Assembly (NCBI GenBank): GCA_965223975.1
Contig: OZ245031.1
Coordinates: 2,772,145-2,836,144 of the forward strand
Direction of reading: 5' to 3'
DNA: 64,000 nucleotides
Origin: Pseudomonadales bacterium
GTDB taxonomy: Bacteria; Pseudomonadota; Gammaproteobacteria; Pseudomonadales; JBECKS01
The position numbers were made by a program, and so were the translations under genes. The notes under the pieces are model-generated. The model worked only from the letters and a program-made list of their open reading frames with translations. It was not told the origin of the DNA and made no database searches. Positions 9,103-17,361 of this stretch are shown here, one piece after another (positions within the stretch are counted from its first letter, which is position 1; the number at the start of each line of letters is the position of its first letter).

Positions 9103-12039
9103 ATGAGTTATTTAGAAACTGCTAATTCCGCTAAATTCAGTTTGATTATTGAAGGGGTTTCAGAAACGCTCGGCTTGATCAGTTTTACTGGGCAAACAGC
9201 CATATCTTCCCTCTATTATTTTGATTTAATGTTGGTCAGCGACAACGAGGATTTAGAAGATCTCCCTGGATTATTTACCAGTAACGTCAGCATGATCTTT
9301 CACAAGGCGGAGGCTGATAAAGAGCACGAAGTTCACGGTGTGTTTTCAGAATTCGAGCAAATTAAGCAAACCCAATACGATGGTCGTAACTACACCTTAT
9401 ATAAGGCGAGAATGGTTCCTAAGCTATGGTGGCTGACTTTAAGTAAACGCAACCAGGTTTTTTTAGAAAAGTCCGTACCAGACATAATGACTGAAATTTT
9501 AGAAGACAGCGATTTAGCTTCTTCAGATTTTAACATGGCTGAGCTAGGGTCTTATGAGGACAACGATTACGTATGCCAGTTTAATGAAAGTCACTTTGAT
9601 TTTATTTCAAGATGGATGGAGCGAGAGGGCATTTATTACTATTTTGATCATGAGGCCGAAACCGAGCAGGTGATTTTTGTCGATACCTTGTCTTCACATG
9701 ACGAACCCTTTGATAAAGAGATTGCCTATAAGCCAGATCGTGACCTTAGTGATACAACCAAGAGCCGCTTTATCCAGACCTTTACTGGGCGACAAAAACA
9801 ATTGCCTCAAATGGTCTATCTCAAAGATTATAACCCCGAGCGTCCTTCACTCTACGTTGAGGCCTCAGCGACCGTAGATGAGATGGGGCGGGGTGAAGTA
9901 TATCTGTATGGTGATCACTTCGCCGATCCGGAAGAGGGTTCGCGTTTAGCGTTTATTCGAGCTGAACAAATGCTATCTGAGCAAAAGGAATTTTTTGGAG
10001 AAAGCACAGCAAGTGCGTTAGCTCCCGGATATATTTTTACTCTCGGGCGTCACTATCGAGACTCTTACAATGCTAAATACCTGGTAACTGAAGTAAGCCA
10101 TGAAGGGTCACAGGCTTCATGTATAAAGAGCGATATATTAACAGGGCTTGGACTTTCAGTAGAAGATGTACCGTATTCCAATAGTTTTAAGGCGATACCC
10201 GCCGACACCCAGTTTAGACCTAGGCAAAGCATTGAGCGGCCAAGAATTTCAGGCACATTAAATGCTAAAATTGATGCCGAAGGTGATGGTGCCATGGCCG
10301 AAGTCGATGAGTACGGGCGGTATAAAGTTAAACTACCTTTCACACAAACCGATGATATCCTAGACGGCAAGGCCTCAGCATGGCTTCGCATGATTCAACC
10401 TCACGCAGGCGAAAATCAAGGTATGCAATTTCCCTTAAGGAAAGGTACTGATGTGGTTGTGTCTTTTATAGATGGTCATCCAGATAGGCCAATTATTGCC
10501 GGCGCTGTAAATAACCCAGAAACCCCAGGGGTTGTTACTGCTGAAAACCATAATGTTGGATTTATAGCGACCGAAGACTTATTAGCTACCCGAGCCCTAG
10601 GTGGAGCACACCGTGATGTTGCTTCCAAAGGTCCTAGCTTTGACGGTGTTACTCCTTATGATGATTTTCGTCGCAATCATCAAACCAATTTTAGTGATGA
10701 CGATTGGCAGTTTCCAAAGCTCGACCCCATAGGCAAGGGCGCCGTTACACCGGGCGGTGATTACAATGCGCTTGAAGGTTTTATTGCGAATAACGCCGCT
10801 CCCGATAACGACGGTATTCCGGGCGAATATAGTGGCCAGTATCTGATTAAACGCGAATACGGTGATCAGTATTGTTGGGGAGATGGCAAAGTCTATAGCT
10901 GGGATAATCAACTGGCATTTACCTACGGTAATGATTATGAAGAAATTCACGAAATTGATGACCCTGAAACCGGTGAAGGATACAAACAACGTTTGCCACT
11001 AACCGTCGATGAGTCTGATAAGGATAGCGTTCTTAATGTAAATAATTTTGATCCAACGGGTCGTGAGGGGCATGACGGATATGATGATATTCATTACCCC
11101 GAATCCGTGTATGGAGTAGCTTATAACTCATTTAACGATGGTGAACCCTGGGAAGATGGAGGGAATGGCCTAACGGAAAAAAACTGGGGTGATAAAGTTG
11201 AATTCCATATGGGGCGTAGTTTTAATTTCAGTGGTGGTCCAGGGCCTGGCGGTTCCAATGAGGCTTACAACTATGGTAATGGCTACAGCGAGGACTTGTT
11301 AGAAAAAACCTACGGTAACTTCGCTCAACATTATGGCGATACTCGTCATGACCGAATATTTGCAGCTACTGCTCCAGTGACAATTAATGTCGGTATAGCT
11401 TCAATGTCTAAAGCAGCCGGTCATAGCTATTCCTATACACGCGGCGTTAGTTATGACGTGGTAGAGGATTTGGATGCGTATTCAGAAACCTATGGCGGTA
11501 CCAGCGAAGACTACGTTTATACTTCGATGGGTATACCCCGTTCCAAAACTGTTGAAAAGAACGATATGGGCATGACTGAAGAGACTATTTATGACGTCAC
11601 CTCAGGTATTCCTGTTTCATTTTCTACCGAATCTACCTCTGGCGGAGCTACTGCAAGCTTTAAAACCTCTATGGGTGCGGTTGCTGAGCTAGAAACTCGT
11701 CTAGCTGCAACCTCAACTACTGAAGTAAATGTCGGCGCAGTAATGAATATTGTGGCTAATGCTGGTGCATTCATGGATGTGTCGAGTACTTTAGGAGCCA
11801 TGGTAGAAGTTGGCACACATGTTGTTCACATCGAGGTGGATTCTGCACTGGGTGTAGAAATGAAATTTCCAGGTATGAAGGTGGCTCAAGACCCATTGGT
11901 TAAATTGGAGAATACCATTACAGCTATTCAAGCTGCGACTTGTACCATATCTTCTGAGTTAGCTGCGGTGGTCGCCAATGGTGTCGAAGTGACCACCACG
12001 CCGATTCAATTGAATACAGGAATGGATATCACCGTATGA
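9103..12039 (+). CDS. vgrG: T6SS spike protein VgrG (TssI) with an atypical long region after the gp5 OB-fold
   Basis: 978 aa. gp27-like N-terminal two-thirds and a gp5-like OB-fold (RYKVKLPFTQTDD...ASAWLRMIQPHAGENQGMQFPLRKGTDVVVSFIDGHPDRPIIAGAVNNPETP, ending near residue 475). Then ~330 aa rich in G/D/Y/N/E. Then ~170 aa with short beta-helix-like periodicity (EVNVGAVMNIVANAGAFMDVSSTLGAMVEVGTHVVHIEVDSALGVEM). Confidence 0.9.
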   Translation: MSYLETANSAKFSLIIEGVSETLGLISFTGQTAISSLYYFDLMLVSDNEDLEDLPGLFTSNVSMIFHKAEADKEHEVHGVFSEFEQIKQTQYDGRNYTLYKARMVPKLWWLTLSKRNQVFLEKSVPDIMTEILEDSDLASSDFNMAELGSYEDNDYVCQFNESHFDFISRWMEREGIYYYFDHEAETEQVIFVDTLSSHDEPFDKEIAYKPDRDLSDTTKSRFIQTFTGRQKQLPQMVYLKDYNPERPSLYVEASATVDEMGRGEVYLYGDHFADPEEGSRLAFIRAEQMLSEQKEFFGESTASALAPGYIFTLGRHYRDSYNAKYLVTEVSHEGSQASCIKSDILTGLGLSVEDVPYSNSFKAIPADTQFRPRQSIERPRISGTLNAKIDAEGDGAMAEVDEYGRYKVKLPFTQTDDILDGKASAWLRMIQPHAGENQGMQFPLRKGTDVVVSFIDGHPDRPIIAGAVNNPETPGVVTAENHNVGFIATEDLLATRALGGAHRDVASKGPSFDGVTPYDDFRRNHQTNFSDDDWQFPKLDPIGKGAVTPGGDYNALEGFIANNAAPDNDGIPGEYSGQYLIKREYGDQYCWGDGKVYSWDNQLAFTYGNDYEEIHEIDDPETGEGYKQRLPLTVDESDKDSVLNVNNFDPTGREGHDGYDDIHYPESVYGVAYNSFNDGEPWEDGGNGLTEKNWGDKVEFHMGRSFNFSGGPGPGGSNEAYNYGNGYSEDLLEKTYGNFAQHYGDTRHDRIFAATAPVTINVGIASMSKAAGHSYSYTRGVSYDVVEDLDAYSETYGGTSEDYVYTSMGIPRSKTVEKNDMGMTEETIYDVTSGIPVSFSTESTSGGATASFKTSMGAVAELETRLAATSTTEVNVGAVMNIVANAGAFMDVSSTLGAMVEVGTHVVHIEVDSALGVEMKFPGMKVAQDPLVKLENTITAIQAATCTISSELAAVVANGVEVTTTPIQLNTGMDITV

Positions 12040-14885
12040 TCGATGTCATCGCGCCTATGCAGATACTGCCGATGAAAACGGTGGTAGAGCGGGACAATAC
12101 CTTCCATTTAATTATGTCTGCTACGCTGGGCATTGATTTAAGTAATAACAATGCGCTGCTTTCTTTTGACTACATAAAAGATGCTTTAGAGAGCATGGAT
12201 AGGCCGCCGATGCTGGATATGGGTATGCCTAAACCACACGGTGAATTTATGGTTTCCGGTAAATTCTTTGCCCCAAACCAGCAGGCAGTAGACGCTGGTG
12301 AGGTCAAAGTATGTATCGGTGACCAGCAAAAAAGTCTCTATGTATTTGGCCCTCGCTCTTGGCAAGCTGGGTTTCCTTCGAAACCTGAACCCATCGAGTC
12401 CTTACTTCTAGATTATCAGTTCGCGATGGGCGGCGATAACTACCCAGAAAACCCAGAGGGCATGGGGTATGAGCAGGAGCAGCTGCCTCAAATTGAATAC
12501 CCTAATCAGCTAGTAGATTCGCCAAAAGCACAAGTCTCACCGGCGGGCTTAAGTGCCATCGATATTACCAACCCCCAGCGCGCACAATATCATGGAACCT
12601 ATGACGGCCAGTATTTAGAGAAATATTTCCCCGGCTATCCTGCAGATATGGATTGGCGAATGTTTATGTGTACGCCACCTGATCAATGGTCAAAGGGATT
12701 TTATAATGGTGATGAGAAATTTTCCTTACATAATATGCATCCAAACGAAGCACTTATCGAGGGCCAATTACCATCATTGAAAACACGCTGTTTTCTCCGC
12801 AGCAAGCCCGGTGTGGCGCAACAGTCTAATATTCAAGAAATCCCCATGAACCTCGATACTGTGTGGTTTTTTCCAGAAGTCAAAATTGCTTTATTGATTG
12901 CTCGGGGTGGTATTGAAATAAATGACGATGAAGGAGATGACTTCGATACCGTACTGTTTGCGTATGAACGACACGATGAGGTTCGCAGTCCTGATTATTA
13001 TAAAGAGGCGATGGACCTTCGCTTGGATACCAAGGATCGATTGCTTTATAACCTCTGCACTCATGACCTAATTCCAAGCGATCATAAGTCAGCTATGGAG
13101 ACCCTACAATTGATGGGGGAAGAATCAGCTGATAATAGTGAATTCTCGAAAAACCTAGCCCATAAAACGGAGTCCATCCAAAATGAGGTGGATGAAAAGG
13201 TAGAAAAGGCTCTTAAACAAAGCGAAGAGCAAATGGCAGCGGCAAATATCGGTGAAGAACATAAACCGGATATTCGGGCAATCCTTAAGGAACCTAAAAC
13301 CGATCCCGAAATTGAGGCATTAAATGCCAAACTAGAGAAAATATTGCCCGGTATAACTGGTAAAGATGGCAAGAGCTTGGAGTTAAAAAACCTAACCAGC
13401 GCAAAGATTGAAGAGGTCATTCAGACCAGTAAAGAATTCTCTGATAAAAAAAATGAAGAAGCTCAACAAATGATAAGGGAAGAGCTTCTTAAGATTCGTC
13501 AGGAGCTGAAAGACCAGTTGAAGATGGAATTGCCAGAGGAAAGCAAAAAATCCCTGGAGCAGGCACTTACAGTCATAGAAGGTATGCTAGAAAGTGAGCC
13601 GCCTCCTACAGAGTTGCCAAGAGTTGATTCTCAAGCTTTAATTGATCGTTTTCAGCAAGCATCTCCAGAGAGTATGCAGTACATGCAGCAAATTGCCTTG
13701 ATGCGGGCCTCGGGTGGAGATGAAAAAGCCATTTCGGTGCTCGAAAAGCAATTAAAAGATCTCGAGGACTTTAAAGAGAATGAAATGAAAACGGCGCTAA
13801 TAGAGGCCGAAAAAACCTTTAAGGATGGATATTTAAAGGGCGCTCATTATACAGCTAAAGGGCTATCTCCCCACGAAGATGACGCAACGGTGCGTGGCCA
13901 GCTGATAAAAAAAATTAGTTTGAGAGAGGATGTCAGTCAACAAGACTGGGCTTGTTTAGACTTAAGTGCTCAAGATTTAGCTGGAGTGGATTTTAGCGGT
14001 TGTTATTTGGAACAAGTTGATTTTAGCGGAGCCGACCTAAGCGGAGCAAATTTTAGCCAAGCAAACCTAGCAAGAGCTAAGCTAGAAAATGCAAATTGTA
14101 TCGGCGCCAATTTTGAGGGTGCCAATCTGGGCGCAGTATTAGGAAACGGTTGTAACTTTACAGACGCGACTCTTCACGAGGCGCAACTCAATTTAAGCGA
14201 TTTTCAGAATTCAAACTTTACGCGAGCGAAACTTGATCTGGCGTTAATCCTAGAGATTAATGTAGACGGCGCGAATTTTAGCGAGGCCCAATTAGAAAAA
14301 GTACAGTTCTTAGATATCGAATTGAATGATGTTGATTTCTCAAATGCTAATCTTGTTAGTGCAGTGTTTATTAATTGCATAATTAACCGGGTCAATTTTA
14401 GCGGAGCTAAAGCATCTAGCACTATATGGACCAATATTCCTTTTACTGATGTTAAGTTTGATGATGCTGATATTACCTCAGCGTGCTTTGCACCCTCTGA
14501 AGAAGGCAAGACTTCGATGGAGTCGGTTAGTTTAGTAAGAGCTATAATGGACAAGAGTAATTTCCAGGGGATGCCCATGCAGTCGTGTGACCTGACTGAA
14601 GCGTCAATGGAAAATGCAATAATGATGGAAGCTGATTTAAAAGGCGCAAATCTTACTGGCATTAAGGCGAAGGGCGCATCTTTTCGAAAAGCATCTTTAG
14701 AAAATGCTCTTTTAAAAAACGCCGACCTAAGGGATGGTATTCTTTCTAAAGCGAATTTGGTGGGCGCTAATTTTGTGGGCGCTAATTTGTTTAGAGCCGA
14801 TCTAATCCGATCTTCTATGAAAAACACCGATTTTCTTGCAAGTAACCTTGATGCCACCCTGATTAAAGACTGGAGGCCCTCATGA
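12036..14885 (+). CDS. DUF2169-like N-terminal domain + Glu/Lys-rich coiled-coil + pentapeptide-repeat C-terminal domain (TagAB-like T6SS accessory protein)
   Basis: 949 aa. The ATG overlaps the vgrG stop (ATGA). The first ~330 aa resemble the DUF2169 proteins found after vgrG genes. Residues ~340-620 are EK-rich and helical. From nt ~13950 there are tandem A(D/N)LxX pentapeptide repeats (DFSGADLSGANFSQANLARAKLENANCIGANFEGANLGAV...). Confidence 0.8.
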   Translation: MIDVIAPMQILPMKTVVERDNTFHLIMSATLGIDLSNNNALLSFDYIKDALESMDRPPMLDMGMPKPHGEFMVSGKFFAPNQQAVDAGEVKVCIGDQQKSLYVFGPRSWQAGFPSKPEPIESLLLDYQFAMGGDNYPENPEGMGYEQEQLPQIEYPNQLVDSPKAQVSPAGLSAIDITNPQRAQYHGTYDGQYLEKYFPGYPADMDWRMFMCTPPDQWSKGFYNGDEKFSLHNMHPNEALIEGQLPSLKTRCFLRSKPGVAQQSNIQEIPMNLDTVWFFPEVKIALLIARGGIEINDDEGDDFDTVLFAYERHDEVRSPDYYKEAMDLRLDTKDRLLYNLCTHDLIPSDHKSAMETLQLMGEESADNSEFSKNLAHKTESIQNEVDEKVEKALKQSEEQMAAANIGEEHKPDIRAILKEPKTDPEIEALNAKLEKILPGITGKDGKSLELKNLTSAKIEEVIQTSKEFSDKKNEEAQQMIREELLKIRQELKDQLKMELPEESKKSLEQALTVIEGMLESEPPPTELPRVDSQALIDRFQQASPESMQYMQQIALMRASGGDEKAISVLEKQLKDLEDFKENEMKTALIEAEKTFKDGYLKGAHYTAKGLSPHEDDATVRGQLIKKISLREDVSQQDWACLDLSAQDLAGVDFSGCYLEQVDFSGADLSGANFSQANLARAKLENANCIGANFEGANLGAVLGNGCNFTDATLHEAQLNLSDFQNSNFTRAKLDLALILEINVDGANFSEAQLEKVQFLDIELNDVDFSNANLVSAVFINCIINRVNFSGAKASSTIWTNIPFTDVKFDDADITSACFAPSEEGKTSMESVSLVRAIMDKSNFQGMPMQSCDLTEASMENAIMMEADLKGANLTGIKAKGASFRKASLENALLKNADLRDGILSKANLVGANFVGANLFRADLIRSSMKNTDFLASNLDATLIKDWRPS

Positions 14886-15934
14886 ATAGTGCTGAGCTTT
14901 CAAGGCTGGTTAAAACGGGGGAACTGTTTAGTGGCAATGACTTCTCAGGCCTGGATTGCCGAGAGGTTGATCTGTCGGGCGCGGTGTTTTCTGAGGTCAA
15001 CTTTGATCGATGCGATTTTTCAGCTGCGAATTTGGTCGACGCGACATTTAACATGTGCAGTATCAAAGGAGCTGTGTTCGATAATAGTCAGCTTAAATCG
15101 GCTAATTTTGTTGGCTGTCAGGGGGCGGAAAGCAGTTTTGATCAAGCCGACTTAGAAAAAACTAAGTTCGTTCAGTCTGAATTGATCGATGCTCGATTTT
15201 CTAATACTCGCTTGATCCAGACAACCTTTGTTGAGTCGAATCTGTGCCGTATAGATTTAAGTGATAGCTACATTGAAGCGGCTCCATTTACAGACTCAGA
15301 TCTTACCGGTATCCAATTTAAGCAAACTGAATGCGTCAAAGTGGTATTCTATCAATGTCTTTTCAAAGATATCGATTTGTCACAGTGCCGTTTTGAGCTT
15401 TGCGGCTTTATAAAATCGGATTTAAGTGGTTTGGATTTTTCTGGCTTGGATTTGTGCCAGAGTCAATTCATCGAAAGCCAGGTAAAAGCCTGCGACTTTT
15501 CAAACTGTGAATTAAAACAAGGTGGGTTTATGGCTGCCGATTTGGAGTCGTCAAACTTTGACAATACAAACCTTGAAACAGCTAACTTTTATGAGGCGAA
15601 TCTAACCAAAGCTAGTATGAAAAACGCGAACTTAACAATGGCTAGCCTGCAGAAAGCTACTATCGATTTTGCTAATTTGGCATGGGCGAAGTTAGAAAGG
15701 GCGCAAATGGAAGAAGTTAAAATAAATGTATCAATTTTTTCTAATGTTGATTTGACCTACGCTGATTTATCGCATGCAAGAATTATTGATAGTGATTTTT
15801 CTGGTGCTTCAATGAGCAATACTAATATGCATGAAGTACTAGAGGATAAAAATATTTGGGACGGCGCAACCAAGCCCTTGTCTTGGCCAACCGATGAAGA
15901 GAGAAAAAAAGCAGAAACCTGGGGTGCGAAATGA
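14882..15934 (+). CDS. Pentapeptide-repeat protein (TagB-like)
   Basis: 350 aa, almost entirely pentapeptide repeats (DLSGAVFSEVNFDRCDFSAANLVDATFNMCSIKGAVFDNSQLKSANF...). ATGA overlap with the upstream gene. Confidence 0.85.
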   Translation: MNSAELSRLVKTGELFSGNDFSGLDCREVDLSGAVFSEVNFDRCDFSAANLVDATFNMCSIKGAVFDNSQLKSANFVGCQGAESSFDQADLEKTKFVQSELIDARFSNTRLIQTTFVESNLCRIDLSDSYIEAAPFTDSDLTGIQFKQTECVKVVFYQCLFKDIDLSQCRFELCGFIKSDLSGLDFSGLDLCQSQFIESQVKACDFSNCELKQGGFMAADLESSNFDNTNLETANFYEANLTKASMKNANLTMASLQKATIDFANLAWAKLERAQMEEVKINVSIFSNVDLTYADLSHARIIDSDFSGASMSNTNMHEVLEDKNIWDGATKPLSWPTDEERKKAETWGAK

Positions 15935-16608
15935 GTATTGAGTCTGCAAAAGTAATCGCTTTGGAAAGTAAATCGCTAGAAACTACTGGCGTTAAACTCG
16001 AACAAACTAAAGTCGGTCAAACTAATAATCTAAAAGAAGTAATTATTAATTTGGAAGGTGAGGAAAAGACAGCAAAGGTATCATTCAGCTGTTTGGTTGC
16101 TCCTCAGGTAAACGATAGCGTACTGATAGCAAGCAACGAAAAAGGTGAATATTTTGTGCTTAGTATTCTCGAACGTAGTGAAAGTTCACAGGAAATGACG
16201 CTGGCATTTCCAGATACAGCGAATTTAGTAAGCGCTAGTGGGGCGATTAATTTACTTTCGACAGAGAGTATTTCTATGACTACTCAAAGTTTAAACTCAG
16301 TTGCCCATAATAGTGTTTATAAATCTGCACAGACTATTGTTGATTTTGAGGAACTGACTGCAAAGGGGAAAAGCGCCACGGTAAGTATCCCTAATATGAG
16401 GATTCTAGCCGATAATATCAGCACTGTTGCCAAACAAGCGGTTCAAAAATTTGCAAACTACGTTAGACGAACAGAATCTTTTGATAAAGTTCAGGCAGGC
16501 CAAATGAATAGGAATGTCGATGGACTTTTTTCGGTAGATACAAAATATACAGTTATGTTGAGTGATAAAGATACTAAGATCGATGCCGAACGCATCCACA
16601 TGGGCTAG
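15931..16608 (+). CDS. Hypothetical T6SS-associated protein, probably DUF3540 family (TagC-like)
   Basis: 225 aa. ATGA overlap with the upstream pentapeptide gene. Size, position between the pentapeptide and DUF4150 genes, and the pattern AKVSFSCLVAPQVNDSVLIASNEKGEYFVLSILER fit my recollection of DUF3540. Not verified. Confidence 0.6.
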   Translation: MSIESAKVIALESKSLETTGVKLEQTKVGQTNNLKEVIINLEGEEKTAKVSFSCLVAPQVNDSVLIASNEKGEYFVLSILERSESSQEMTLAFPDTANLVSASGAINLLSTESISMTTQSLNSVAHNSVYKSAQTIVDFEELTAKGKSATVSIPNMRILADNISTVAKQAVQKFANYVRRTESFDKVQAGQMNRNVDGLFSVDTKYTVMLSDKDTKIDAERIHMG

Positions 16609-16617
16609 GAGAGAACT

Positions 16618-17028
16618 ATGTTTGCCAACAGTCAATTGATGAGTTTAAACCTTGGCTTTCCCGATGTGTGTTTAACGCCCACGCCAGCAGGTCCAATCCC
16701 GGCACCCTATCCAAACATTGCAGTTGGAACGATTGCAATACCACCTACTGCATCTCTTAAGAATTTACTGACCATGATGCCTGCTCACAACATGGTCACC
16801 ACCATTCCGATCAGCAACGGTAATGAAGCGGGGTGTAGTCCAGGAGGAGTCGCCTCTGGAATGTTTATTGGGCCCGGTAGGCACTTGATGGGTAGTTTTA
16901 AGGTGATGTTTGCGGGTACGCCAGCAACTAGGGCTTTAACAGACAGCACCTTGCAAAACTCAACTAATGTTCCAGGTGCCGGTAGAAACCTATTACCCTC
17001 GCAGTTCAAGGTAATCTGTTGTCTTTAA
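16618..17028 (+). CDS. PAAR-like spike-tip protein (DUF4150 family), no toxin extension
   Basis: 136 aa. The N-terminus LGFPDVCLTPTPAGPIPAPYPNIAVGT matches the DUF4150 signature (PDVC.TP....P.PYPN). The protein ends shortly after the core domain. Confidence 0.8.
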   Translation: MFANSQLMSLNLGFPDVCLTPTPAGPIPAPYPNIAVGTIAIPPTASLKNLLTMMPAHNMVTTIPISNGNEAGCSPGGVASGMFIGPGRHLMGSFKVMFAGTPATRALTDSTLQNSTNVPGAGRNLLPSQFKVICCL

Positions 17029-17052
17029 GTTAATTTATCAAGAGAATTATTT

Positions 17053-17349
17053 ATGTCAGAGCACGCACCACAAAATGAAAAACGCAGTGTACAGGTTCAT
17101 GTTTCTCCAGAGCTAGAGTACAGCTTTCGAGACGTGGCTAATATCTTTGTCGGGCCTAAGGCAAGTGAAGTCGTCTTTGAGTTTGGTAATACCCACCTGT
17201 CTTTGCCAGGAAATATTACTATCTCGAATCGAATTGTAATGTCCTTTGCAGATGCTTGCGAATTGCAACAACGCCTAGGAAAGACCTTAGCTGAAGCACA
17301 ACAGAAGCTACAAGCTCAATTGGCAGCACAAGCGGAGCAAAATAAATAG
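17053..17349 (+). CDS. Small hypothetical protein, DUF3467-like
   Basis: 98 aa, last gene of the co-directional block. The pattern YSFRDVANIFVGPKASEVVFEFG...ISNRIVMSFADACELQQRL resembles DUF3467. The C-terminus is a Q/A-rich helix. Confidence 0.55.
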   Translation: MSEHAPQNEKRSVQVHVSPELEYSFRDVANIFVGPKASEVVFEFGNTHLSLPGNITISNRIVMSFADACELQQRLGKTLAEAQQKLQAQLAAQAEQNK

Positions 17350-17361
17350 CCCCGGCTCACA

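Noticed and set aside
14204-14857. 217-aa minus-strand ORF, plus several other antisense ORFs inside T6SS genes (for example 10597..10989, 13082..13420, 2336..2536)
   Set aside because: They lie entirely antisense to confidently identified genes (the pentapeptide repeats, vgrG, tssM). Their low-complexity composition mirrors the sense-strand repeats, and they have no RBS or recognisable motifs.
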